Below are positions 25,242 to 35,932 of a stretch of 50,926 nt of DNA, piece after piece (the stretch's first letter is position 1; each line of letters opens with the position of its first letter). The notes beneath the pieces are model-generated. The model made no database searches. It was not told where the DNA came from and saw only the letters and a program-made list of their open reading frames with translations. The position numbers and the translations under genes were made by a program. Origin of the DNA: Craspedostauros australis (Eukaryota); contig JALAGF010004709.1 in the NCBI GenBank assembly GCA_030167865.1, positions 1 through 50,926 of the forward strand, read 5' to 3'.

Positions 25242-27332
25242 TCACAGCCTCGATGACAGTCTGTACTCTTCCGACTGTGCCATCCGCCGATGCCCCGCGC
25301 TGTTCGTCGGGTTCACGGACAGCAACCGAGCCAGGCTCTCTATCGAGTCCAAACCAAATGATTGCGGCGTCATGGTGCCATGGAGATGGGCATTCCCCAC
25401 CACGATGGTGCCATGCTGCGACACGTACGTCTTGCTCACATGGGATTGCAACAGCCGAACCATGACAACCGTCATGGGCATTTCCTCCACGACTTGCAAT
25501 CCGACCAACTGAGCCAGTCCAACCCAAAACAGCAGTCCCTCGCGCAGCACATTGTCCACTTCTTTCGATGTGATGTTGAGACGCTGGAATCTGCTTCTCT
25601 CGTCGCCATAGTCGCCATCACTCTCACTCTCACCGCCATGGGAATCAATGGCCTCATCAGAATTATCAACAGTAGCACTCGCCGAATCATCCGTCCCGCT
25701 GCTTCTCTTGCGACGTCCTCGCCGATGCTGACCTTGCTGGGCCAGTTCTGACGGCCTGGCCGATCGAGATCTGGACCACTCGGATTCCACTTGTCTCGAC
25801 ATGATCGATCGCATCAACGTCTTGTAATGCAACGTCGAAGAGCCGTTGCCATGGTGCATGCGCTTGGAGATGTGGGCCGTGCTGTTGTTGGTCATGTCGG
25901 TCCAAAGCCCAGTCCCAACCAACTCCGTCAGCGTGCAATCTTCGTGGAAGGAATGCTTGAAACCCAAAGCTGCGCACAGCGTCAGATACTCGTGGTACAG
26001 CGATGAGATGACGTGTCCCAACCTCTTGGCCGGCCGCGGCACGCCGTTGCTTGAAGTGTTTCTGGACGAAAGAATACAATATAACTTAGACGCATGCATC
26101 AGGACGTTGGGATCCTGCAGGTGCTGATGGATGAGGTACCTTCCAAAATCAAAGCCGTTACCACATTGGGCGCAGGATGCATGATTCCGAATGACCATGT
26201 CCTGCCTCTGCAGCCGCATCATGATGAACTTCCATGCAGCATGACACTCGGCAGTGCCATATGGCGTGATGATGACAAGGCGAGGAATGGAGTTGGCATG
26301 CCTGTGAACCATCAGGACGACGTTGCCCTGCACCTTGCGACACGACCACGGAAACGACGCAAAGCCGCACAGCGCGATTCTGCGATTGCAGGGACTCCAT
26401 CTCATCCGCAGCGATAGGTTGTGCAGTACCCTGGCATTGCTCGTCGATGTCAACACGAGCGGCGGGCTGGAGATTGTGCCGATCAGATCCTGACGGTCCA
26501 GATTGGCAATGGCATCGCGGATCAACGACAACAGCTCCAACGAAGCACCCGCCATCATGATGGTGTTGGCGCAGCCCCCGTCATCCGCGGTCCTGCGACC
26601 ACAGATGGCTTGTTCCAACTGCGACATGGGATAGACGCCATCCGGCATGCTCAGATGCGTCATCCATTGATTCGCCATGCCCAAACATCGCTCATGGCAC
26701 TTCCACAGCCTCGGGGTGTTGGCGATGACATCATCCTCATCACTGTTGCGACATTTCTGCTGGAGGAACGCAGATGTATCGTGTGCGACGATGCGCACGA
26801 TGGGCAACGCGCCACCACCGATGCGCCGGTACGAGTACTCATCGCCCAGGATGGAAGCCAACGCAGCGGCCTCGGCAACGCGATCCGCGTTTTCCGCGAC
26901 TATCACGATCGTGTGAACCGATCGCATATTCCGGCGTCCTCTTTTGAAGTCGAGTGTTGTGCATTCAGAGGACAGCACAGAGTTGTTTGTCTGCGTTTGT
27001 GGCTTTCCTTCAAATCGCGGGGGATAAGTGATAATAGTTGGTTGGTTGGTTGATCTCCTCGCATTAGCAGTAAGGGCAAGGTCGGCATGGCGTGTGAGAA
27101 GTGGCATCGCGGTTGGTGACAACAAGGGTGGGCGGCGATCGTTTGCGTGTTGTTCATCATCGATGTTCGTCGTGGATTGACTAGTTAGACTCCAACGACG
27201 AATCTTCATCATCGCGCCAAGGATCAATGTGGCATCAAGATCGCGCCATGTGCAAGGGCGACCTATTGCATAATAGTATGCCATACTCGGGCAAGTGTCC
27301 AGCATAAGATAACAACAGAGCAAGCATTCCAT
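25242..27332 (-). CDS. Divergent opine/octopine/tauropine dehydrogenase-like protein; 5' end uncertain (domain begins near ATG 26927)
   Basis: CGFASFPWSCR resembles the opine dehydrogenase LPWACR motif. NVLMHASKLY resembles NxxxHPxIMY. The C-terminus EGLLFWVGLAQLVG...LQSHVSKTYV...TPQSFGLDSIESL parallels GLxxxxGIAELxG...QxxxGKEY...PQxYGxxxLxxL. The Rossmann Gly motif is absent. Confidence 0.55.
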   Translation of the reverse strand: MECLLCCYLMLDTCPSMAYYYAIGRPCTWRDLDATLILGAMMKIRRWSLTSQSTTNIDDEQHANDRRPPLLSPTAMPLLTRHADLALTANARRSTNQPTIITYPPRFEGKPQTQTNNSVLSSECTTLDFKRGRRNMRSVHTIVIVAENADRVAEAAALASILGDEYSYRRIGGGALPIVRIVAHDTSAFLQQKCRNSDEDDVIANTPRLWKCHERCLGMANQWMTHLSMPDGVYPMSQLEQAICGRRTADDGGCANTIMMAGASLELLSLIRDAIANLDRQDLIGTISSPPLVLTSTSNARVLHNLSLRMRWSPCNRRIALCGFASFPWSCRKVQGNVVLMVHRHANSIPRLVIITPYGTAECHAAWKFIMMRLQRQDMVIRNHASCAQCGNGFDFGRYLIHQHLQDPNVLMHASKLYCILSSRNTSSNGVPRPAKRLGHVISSLYHEYLTLCAALGFKHSFHEDCTLTELVGTGLWTDMTNNSTAHISKRMHHGNGSSTLHYKTLMRSIMSRQVESEWSRSRSARPSELAQQGQHRRGRRKRSSGTDDSASATVDNSDEAIDSHGGESESDGDYGDERSRFQRLNITSKEVDNVLREGLLFWVGLAQLVGLQVVEEMPMTVVMVRLLQSHVSKTYVSQHGTIVVGNAHLHGTMTPQSFGLDSIESLARLLSVNPTNSAGHRRMAQSEEYRLSSRL

Positions 27333-27421
27333 TATAATACCGATTTAATGCGACACTCGTGCTCGTACTTCGCGAATGCTTTTGTTGAAGGATCCTTGAA
27401 CGTTGTGCAAGCGATGCCTCT

Positions 27422-27955
27422 TCAGCGACCGTACGTCGCGGTCAACTTGGCACGCCCGATAACACCTGCGCCGAACATCTGGAAGTTGCAGACGGAGGGG
27501 CTGGTGTTCTCGTCGATGGGCAGCGTCTCCACGGGCAAGGCAGAGACGCAGAAGATGTAGCGATGATCGCCGTGCCCCGGCGGTGGCGCCGCTCCGCAGA
27601 ATCCCGCGAATCCAGCATCGTTCTTCAGCATCTTGGCTCCGTCCGGGAGCTTTCCGGCCTCGCTGCCGGCGTTGGTGGGCAGCGAGGTGCAGCTCGCAGG
27701 GATGTTGTAGACGATCCAGTGCCAGAATCCGCTGACGGTGGGGGCGTCGGGGTCGTAGCACGTGACGACGAAGGATTTGGTCTCGTCAGCATCAAAGCCG
27801 CTCCATTCCAGAGATGGGGAGCAATCCTCACCGCCCTCCACGCCGAAGGCCTTGGAGAGCTGCGGTGGCGGCATGGTGCCGCCTTCCTTGATATCGGTGG
27901 ACGTCACCTGGAAGGTGGGAGCGTCTGGGAGAACTGAGTACGGATCGAACGGCAT
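27422..27955 (-). CDS. YbhB/YbcL family Raf kinase inhibitor-like protein (bacterial-type PEBP)
   Basis: Motifs SPSLEWSG, YDPDAPTVSGFWHW, NDAG and GAAPPPGHGDHRY; intronless. Confidence 0.93.
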   Translation of the reverse strand: MPFDPYSVLPDAPTFQVTSTDIKEGGTMPPPQLSKAFGVEGGEDCSPSLEWSGFDADETKSFVVTCYDPDAPTVSGFWHWIVYNIPASCTSLPTNAGSEAGKLPDGAKMLKNDAGFAGFCGAAPPPGHGDHRYIFCVSALPVETLPIDENTSPSVCNFQMFGAGVIGRAKLTATYGR

Positions 27956-29068
27956 GGTTGCAGATTTGTGCTGTTGTGTGTTTTGTCGATGTGATGTGGT
28001 GTGATGTGATGTGGTGTGATGTGGGTGGTGACGTTGACTTCCCTCTCGTTTTCGGTTTTATGAGAACGACGTCGTGGGGAGGTTGAGACTGGTTTGAGAA
28101 CAGTTCGGGTTGCTGCTTTCCTCGTCTTCCGCAATTGATGCAGGTTTTTGCTGGCTGGTAGTGCTGTTGCTGTTCGATGCCCATAGCCGTCCTATACTCT
28201 CTTTTATACTCTGCATATATCGGGTGGAGAGAGAGAGGCCACAGCCTCGCCAATGCCTCCTCCTCTGCGTACACATTGCAGATCTACCAAGTATGTGTCA
28301 TAGGTAAGTACTCACATCATCTTGAGCACTTGTACTCGTAGTAGTAGTAGTGACCTTCGATGTCGTTCAAAGTCGTTCAATGTTGTTCAAAGTTCTTCCA
28401 TACCAATACTGTGCAAAGATCGTGAACCACGAAATCTCAACTCCGAAGATCTTCGTCTTTGGTCTACACACGTCGTAGGCTTAATTGGGACAAAGTGGTT
28501 GGGGAGAATATTGCCAGACGTGTAAGTCGCGGCAAAATAGTATATTGACTTTGAACGAAGGCAATTCCGCACGGTCCATCGAATCGATCAGGCAAAGATA
28601 TGTCCAATCACGTCACACGATTGCATTCTTTAGTGGGACTAAACCAGCGAAGTCTTTGTTGTTCGTTTCGATTTGTTCTGTGGATCTTGCGAGAAACACG
28701 TGGCGTTTAACAAATGACACGTTACCATGATGGCGTCCCCGATCTTGCGAAACCGCGTTCAACGAGATCTTCTTCTCTCTGCTTGTGTGGGTCGTGCTCG
28801 TATCCTTTCACCTCTCCTGATGGTGACGTTCTGTTTCTGCTGGCGCTTCACATGATCTGTGCGAAGGTTGTCGCGATGTGACAACGCGTCGATGGTAGGT
28901 GAAGGTGTTTGGTTTGTGTGTCAGCGCGGTTGTTTGGTTCGTGCGCATCTGTTTCTCTGTTGGTTGAGATGATGCCATCTTCCATCTCTCACAAAATCAG
29001 CTTCGTCCGTCTTTGACAGCATCATTCTCAGCATCATCACCGCCATCAACAACAGCACCAGCAACACC

Positions 29069-29698
29069 ATGTCCACTCGTCTCTTCAAGCTCGCAGCCGC
29101 GGCCGCCGTCCTCGGTTTCGCCTCCGGAACCACCATCAGTGGTAAGAACCTTCGCATGAGCGAAGAGGAGATGGAGACCTACGCGAAGGAGATGCAACAG
29201 AAGCGCGCCTACGAACAGAAGATGCAGGACGCGCAGGAGAAAGCAAGCGCAGCCAAGCCGGTCGAGGACTGCGACGATTGCGACGACGGCGATGATGACG
29301 ACTTCACCAAGGGATCCTTCACGTCCGAGCAGGGCATGAAGTGCGAGGGTGGATTCGATGAGAAGAGGTTCGGCAGGAAGTGCGAAGGAGGAGTCAAGAT
29401 GGAGTTCGAAGCCGAGACCGACGCCGCAGACGTCATCGAGAAGCTCATCGGAGAGTTCTACCCGCAGATGGAAGCGACCTGGATTCCATCCAAGGAGTCC
29501 ATGCTCTCCGCGTTCGAGCCACAGCAACTCATGGCGGAAAAGTGGGAGGATGGCATGGAGCAGACCGTGGAGGTCGGAGGTTTGGCCAAAGTCGAGTGGG
29601 GATGCAAGGTCACCTTCAAGATGGAGGACGGCAAGTTCTCCCAGAAGGCCGAGTGCGGTGGAAAGGGAATGGAAGGCATTGGTGTCAAGCCAGAGTAA
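29069..29698 (+). CDS. Secreted Glu/Lys/Gly/Cys-rich protein of unknown function
   Basis: Signal peptide MSTRLFKLAAAAAVLGFASG followed by KNLR; strongly C/G-ending codons; CA-rich leader; clean stop at 29696-29698. Confidence 0.8.
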   Translation: MSTRLFKLAAAAAVLGFASGTTISGKNLRMSEEEMETYAKEMQQKRAYEQKMQDAQEKASAAKPVEDCDDCDDGDDDDFTKGSFTSEQGMKCEGGFDEKRFGRKCEGGVKMEFEAETDAADVIEKLIGEFYPQMEATWIPSKESMLSAFEPQQLMAEKWEDGMEQTVEVGGLAKVEWGCKVTFKMEDGKFSQKAECGGKGMEGIGVKPE

Positions 29699-30237
29699 GA
29701 ACTTTGCGCGAATGGCATAGCTCGTACTTGCGTCAACATCGCTTCGTCATAACGTAAGAGACAGAAACTCCGAGAGTACTCACAACAGCAAACAACAACC
29801 ATGCCTTGCCGATGACGACTACTTGAATCCGTGCGACTCTCTGGAGAGGGAGGAGTACGAAACAGCACCACACCTGTCCACATCTCTCCACACCATTACA
29901 TAAAATTAATATAGTACCTATCAGTACCATGCAATACTTTCTGAACGATTGGCGCGCCTTGTGTCTGCCTCATGTTCGTGTTCCACCACGCTCACTTTGC
30001 ATACTATTAAGACGAGTGGTGTGACACGACACGAACCATATCATATGCAAAACTGTCGGTTACTTATTATTGGTGTACACTTGTATTGTCATAGTAGTAC
30101 GTACGTTATTCATCTGCGAGTATGCATGCATTCGCTGCAGTGTTGTTGTGATACATCATGTTGTGTTGCGCAGGACAGCGCTGTGCTGCACTTTTGCTCC
30201 CGTTGGTCTTCTCACTCCTCCTGTCGTGGTTTTGGAA

Positions 30238-32695
30238 CTAAGCCACGGCTTCTGTGTGCACGCCATCAGCGGATTCGGAGGTCACCGGGTCGTCACCGTA
30301 CAGATGCGATATCACATCCTCGTACGCCTGCATCACCTTGTGCCTCCGGATGCTCATCTTGGGGGTGAGCATCTCATTTTCCGCTGTGAACGGCGCGACG
30401 AAGGCCCACTCTGTCGGGATTTCGAACTTCTTGAGGCCGCTGCAGCTGCTCTTCAACTGCTCATCGATCAGCGTCTTCACTGCATCCATGCCAGCCAATT
30501 CCTGCTCCGTGACATCGTCGGCAGCCTTCACCTCCGAACGGATCGCGGCCCAATCCGGCACGATCAGGGCGATGTTGTGCGGGCGATTGGCACCGCACAG
30601 CACAACCTGGCTGACGTAGCGGCTCATGCCGATAGCTTCTTCGATCGGCGTTGGCACGACGTACTTGCCATTCTCCAGCTTGTACTGTTCCTTGAGCCTG
30701 CCAGTTACGCGGACCCAACCCTCGCTGTCCTTGCGTCCCAGATCGCCGGTGTGGAACATGCGGGACTTGCCGTCGGGTGCGACGGAGATGACTTCGGCAG
30801 TGGCTTCGGGGTTGTTGTGGTAGCCCCGCATGACGTTCGGGCCGACGCAGCAGATCTCGCCCTCCTCTCCATCGGCGACGGGGCGTCCTTCCTCATCCAC
30901 GACGAAGACCTGAACTCCACCGATGGCACGTCCGACGCTGCCCACGCTGCGTTGAGTCGGTGTGTTGATGGCGATGATTGGAGTGGTCTCCGTCAGACCG
31001 TATCCTTCGCAGACAGGGATACCGATGGAGTCCATGAACTCCAGGACCTCGGTGGGACAGGCGGCACCGGCAACGAAGCTGTGACGCAGATTACCACCGA
31101 ACCTGCTTCGGATCTTGGAAAGCACGACTCTGTCGAGCAACCCGAATTGGATTCGTTCCAATGCGCTCAATGGGCCTCGTTTTCCCTTCTTGGCCTTGTC
31201 GTTCTCCCTTCCGAGAGCCAGCGCCTTCCGCATGAGGGTCTTGCGGATGGGGCTTGATGTTTCGACCAGATTGTGGACGCCGTCAAAAATCTTCTTGTAC
31301 AGTGTCGGGACGGCATAGAGGACGTCCGGCTTCACGAGCTGCAGATCGTCCAAAATCTTTGGAACTCCGCGGCAAATTCCCATGCCCGAACCCATGGACA
31401 TGCAGACCCACAACTCGCAGGTCTGACCGTAGGAATGCGCCCATGGGAGGAAGGCGAGAGATTTGTCTGTTTCCCGGACCAGATCCTTGGGATCGTCCAC
31501 CATCGAACGTCCCGCAGCCTTGGAGTTTGAAGTAAAGTTCAGATGCGTGAGTTCCACACCCTTTGGCTTGCCCGTCGTGCCGGATGTGTAGATGAGGTTT
31601 GCCAAGTCTTCCGGCGTTGGCTCCACCACCAACGAGCCAGGGGTGTCGCTGGAGACCGATGCCATGGCGGTCGCGAAGGCATGGGGTTCACCCTCGGCAG
31701 CGTCGAGGCACATGGTCACCTTGACGGATGGGGTCGACGGCAGCACCTCGCGCTGGACGCGATCGTAAATATCTTGAGTCGCAGAGAAGACGACGGAGGC
31801 GCCAGAATCATTCAGGATGTAAGTCCAGTCAGACGGTGACTGGGCTTCGTACATGGGGACGATGGAGGCGTTGAGGGAGTACGAGGCACATGCAATTGCT
31901 GCCCACTCCCAGCGATTATTCGCGATCAGTGCCACCTTGTCATATTGGCTGACGCCTGACGTGTGATGCGATGCAATCAGTTACAGTTGAGTGGTTGAGC
32001 CATGTGATAGAGTGGAGCAACACGAGAGAGCAGAAAGGACGTGAGCAATCATGACAAGGATAGCAGCGGCGGTGTGCGGGAGTTCCTCCAACTAACAGCA
32101 GCGTCGCGCCTTGCAGCCACGCCACGCACAGTATTGTGGCAGCCAATAGGAGTCGTCACGAGCGGCAGAACATGGCTCGTCACAAATTCGCTTGATCCGA
32201 AACAAAAGTTGTAAAAGGACGCTGCTGCAATCTGATCCTCTCACACACAGCGGAGCGTGCGAACAGCACAAGGGGAGAGTGGCGCTGCCTATTGTCGAAG
32301 TCCAACTTACCAATGTCTCGAAGCACAGCGCGGCAACGATCGACTTGATCCGCGAAGTCCCCGTAGGTGCTGAAGTCAAAGCTATTGGTTCCTTCGTTGT
32401 ATGTGCCGAAGAGGTCGTTGTCTGCGTAGACTGCGCAAGAACGATGTTGCATTTCATGGAGGGTGTCGAACTTGGTCAGACCTCGCTCGTCCAGATAACC
32501 GAGATCCCGGAAGTGCTTTTCTGCCTCTGTTGAGATGCAACGACGATCCCCCATCGTGCTGGTGTTCATCCATGACGATGTGCCATTGCCGGCGGCGGAT
32601 ATGCCATGTCGCGACAGCGGTTGCTGCAGATTGCGCCGAAAGGCGCCCCGCAAAACCTTCGTGGTGGTTTGCAAACGGAGCTTGCTCGCGATCAT
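30238..32695 (-). CDS. Long-chain acyl-CoA synthetase (AMP-binding), probably mitochondrial; 2 exons (32695..32311, 31955..30238)
   Basis: Motifs IYTSGTTGKPKG, FLPWAHSYG, EGYGLTET, FHTGDLG, GRLKEQYKLENGKYVVP and LTPKMSIRR. Intron 31956-32310 (GTAAGT...CAG, phase 1) joins RDI-G-VSQYDKVAL in frame. Arg-rich presequence. Confidence 0.92.
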
Positions 32696-32799
32696 GTCGA
32701 AGTGGAGATGTGGATGATGTTGATGATAGCTCTATTCGAATAGAGTGGAGTCTAGTATGGTATGGCACGTAGAGTAATTGGATTGATTGCTTGGTGTTG

Positions 32800-32853
32800 G
32801 TCGTCGTCGTCGTAATAGTAGTAGTAGTAGTAGTAGTTGTTGTTGTTGTTGTT
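32800..32853. repeat. Compound trinucleotide microsatellite (GTC)n(GTA)n(GTT)n upstream of the acyl-CoA synthetase
   Basis: Directly visible in the sequence. Confidence 0.85.
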
Positions 32854-34099
32854 TCGGTGGTGAATGCGATTGTGGTTTTATTGTTGTGGTTTTCAATTTT
32901 TGAGAACATGGTGAGTTGTTTGGCAACATGCCGACCCATCAACGCACACACCTTCGTGGCTGCGATGGGGGATGGAAGAGGAGCATGTCAGACATCCGAT
33001 TGATCCGCAGCGTTGGGAACGGGAGCATCACCAACACAAGACACAAGGGAACGCACGACATCTCACGGAAGGAAAGGAAAGAACAACCTCATCGACGGGC
33101 GGCGAACAACGAACCGACGAACAAACATCACGCACCGCATTCACCCTCGCGTCACACATCATCCACCCGAATTGGGCGGGAATGCAAAAAGATACCCAGA
33201 GATGCCAATTGGCTCGAGTGGCTGCTGCTGATTGATGCCATCACCGTGGTCCCGTCATCGCTGTCACCGATGTGGTCGCTTGTGAATGTCATTCATGATG
33301 ATGGGAGGTGGTGATGCGCCGATTTTTCATACCTCTTCTCGTGCCTCCGCAAGTATTTGGACATGACCGTCATCGAAGTTGTCACCATTGGAGAACAAAA
33401 AGGGTGTCAAGAGAGAGAGGAAAGGAGGACAGAGAAAGAGAAAAGAGTTGTGTGGCGAAGTTCTGCATGTTGTGAGGCTCGGCAGTCGTGCCATGTTGAC
33501 ATCGCGTTCGTTTGCTCGTTAAGTAACACCGTCGTGGATCTGTCGCACCTTGTCACTCGGTGCCACATTCCCTCCATGACGCTCCTCATTGCGTTCGATT
33601 CCCACGAGCAAATGTTCACAGCATGCGGACAAACATCAATCAACAGTTTCCCCGAAATCGAACTTTGGCTTGGACAGGTCTGTCCATGCATCCCATCCGA
33701 AATAGCAACATCCGACCCATCACCAGTCCCCGAATCCTGATGGAAGAATCTTCGTCTCTGTGCCGAAAGGGCAAGCGCACTGCCGATGGAATCATTGCAG
33801 TGAGGGTGAGAACGCGTACGAGTAGCCGTACGTACGTATGGGTGCTCATGAGAAGAAACACAAGTGTGGCAACTCGTACGAGCAGATCGTATGACATTGA
33901 CAATCCATCGAACGATCAATCCGTCGACCCGAGACGGCGTCTGAATCGCAGCGACAAGAGTAGCGAGACGAAACGACTGGAAGAAGGATTGGGCTGCACG
34001 AGCTTTCAATCAAAGCTGGTCCATCAAAGTCGCTCCATGCTCCGCTCTACTCGTACTACCAATCGTGCTCAAGGAAAGACGCAAGAAGCAACAATCAGG

Positions 34100-35569
34100 A
34101 TGACGCAAGGTCGCCGTTCCATCGCCGCATCATGGCCCATGCTGCTGATGCTGCTGTCTCTCCTGTGCACGCAAGTCAACTGTTTCGCATTCCAGGGCGC
34201 TGCAGTGGCCAAACCATGGCGGGCATCACAGCGGGTGCCGTATCCTCATGCCAATGCCAATGCCGACAGCAGCAGCTTGCGAACAGGCCATCTGCAGATA
34301 CATCCTCAGACGCAGGCGCAGCCATGCCGGCGGCAACACCAGTCGCGGAGAGCATCGCCGCTACAGCCAATGCCAATGCTACCAAACGGCCAAGCTTCGT
34401 TGATCGGGCCGAATGATATGTGGGGAAACGTGGCGGCGCTGACGAGCATCGCCTCCTTTTCACAGATCCTCGGCAAGAGGACGCGCCTCGGACGGCTGCT
34501 CGGCCCTCCCGTGACGGCGATCGCGCTGTCATTCTTATTGGCGTCCACGGGGATCTTGAATCCTGGTGGAACGACAACTGCCAAGGCCTTGCAATCTCTG
34601 ATGCTCCAGCTGGCGACGCCGTTGGTTTTGCTCGGCGCAGATTTGCGCAACTGCCTCGAACGATGCGGGCCGTTGCTGCTGTCGTTCGTCGTTGCTGCAT
34701 TTGCGACGGTGGTGTCCGCATTCGTGGGCTGGAAAATCTCGGGAAATATGTTGATCGCTGCATTGGGGCCGGACGCCTTGATCATCGCGGCCGCGTTGAT
34801 GGCCAAGAACGTTGGTGGTGGCATCAACTACATCACTGTATGCCGTTCTCTGTCGGCGAGTCCGCAAGCAGTTGCCGCCGGTTTGTGCATCGACAATATC
34901 TTCGCGTTGATTTACTTCCCGATCACCAGCGCGTTGGCGGCGGGCCGGCCGGATGTGGCCCCTCCCAAAGCGTTGCATGGTGATGACGACGATGCCGAAG
35001 CATCGACCGAAGAAGTGGCGGAAGCGCCAACAGGAGCACTGGCCGTCGAGGCTATCTCACTGTCGGTGTTCATCTCGACTGTGCTGCTATGGCTGGGTGA
35101 AAAGATCGCCGGCAAGTCCGGAGGATTGCCGTGCAGCACGTTGCTCACCGTCTTCTTCGCATCGGTGGCTCCTGCCAAATGGATATCAGGCCTCAAATCG
35201 TCCGCGGACACTCTCGGGACAGCATGCCTCTACGTCTTCTTTGCCACGGCCGGAGCGCCAGGACTTGCGGTCGCACCGGCCGTCCGTGCCTCCCTGGTCC
35301 CGTTGACGATATTCCTAACCACCATCTACAGCATTCACGGTTTCATCCTTTGGCTGTGCAATCGAATCGGTGGCAAGCGATTTGCCGCTTTCACGCCGCA
35401 ACGGCTACTCGTGGCATCGTCAGCCGCGATCGGCGGCCCAGCCACCAGCGCTGCGTTGGCGCAGGCCAACCAATGGGACAATCTGATCGTGCCATCGTTG
35501 TTGGTGGGGAACATTGGGTACACTGTCGCAACCTTCTGTGCGTTGGCGTATCATGCGATTCTCAAGTAA
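34100..35569 (+). CDS. DUF819-family multi-pass membrane protein, probably plastid-targeted
   Basis: Motifs LATPLVLLGADLR, AAALMAKNVGGGINY, IDNIFALIYFP and LLVASSAAIGGPATSAALA are typical of DUF819. Signal peptide ends VNC-FAF and is followed by a transit-like segment. The ATG at 34100 is preferred over the non-ATG ORF start at 33560. Confidence 0.85.
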   Translation: MTQGRRSIAASWPMLLMLLSLLCTQVNCFAFQGAAVAKPWRASQRVPYPHANANADSSSLRTGHLQIHPQTQAQPCRRQHQSRRASPLQPMPMLPNGQASLIGPNDMWGNVAALTSIASFSQILGKRTRLGRLLGPPVTAIALSFLLASTGILNPGGTTTAKALQSLMLQLATPLVLLGADLRNCLERCGPLLLSFVVAAFATVVSAFVGWKISGNMLIAALGPDALIIAAALMAKNVGGGINYITVCRSLSASPQAVAAGLCIDNIFALIYFPITSALAAGRPDVAPPKALHGDDDDAEASTEEVAEAPTGALAVEAISLSVFISTVLLWLGEKIAGKSGGLPCSTLLTVFFASVAPAKWISGLKSSADTLGTACLYVFFATAGAPGLAVAPAVRASLVPLTIFLTTIYSIHGFILWLCNRIGGKRFAAFTPQRLLVASSAAIGGPATSAALAQANQWDNLIVPSLLVGNIGYTVATFCALAYHAILK

Positions 35570-35578
35570 GGCATGCTG

Positions 35579-35587
35579 GTCTGTCTA

Positions 35588-35618
<31 letters not shown>

Positions 35619-35642
35619 ACAGACTGAGAGAGAGAGAGAGAG
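35579..35642. repeat. (CTGT)n-(CT)7-spacer-(GA)8 compound microsatellite, self-complementary
   Basis: CT run 35605-35618 and GA run 35626-35642 separated by 7 nt. Confidence 0.8.
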
Positions 35643-35932
35643 TGGAGTAATCTATTCTAGTCAGACTCATGGAAGATATTGTTGGAAGTCGATTTTAGCG
35701 GATGTGAGCAATCTACGGGTCGTCTTCTTCTTTGTTTCGATCCCCCATCAATCTCCACCACAGGTCTGCCTTTGTTGCATATGGCATTGTCGATGAGAAC
35801 AACAGATTGAACGCAACATCCACAGTCGTCTTGTCCCAATCTATGTATCTCTCGCACGTCTGACACGAATGGGCAGAATAGCATGCACCATGTACTTGCG
35901 ATGCCATACTGCAGTGCCTCGCGGGAACAAGA

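Noticed and set aside
33560-34099. 180-aa N-terminal extension of the DUF819 ORF
   Set aside because: It starts at a non-ATG codon, has UTR-like composition, and lies upstream of a clear signal peptide beginning at ATG 34100.
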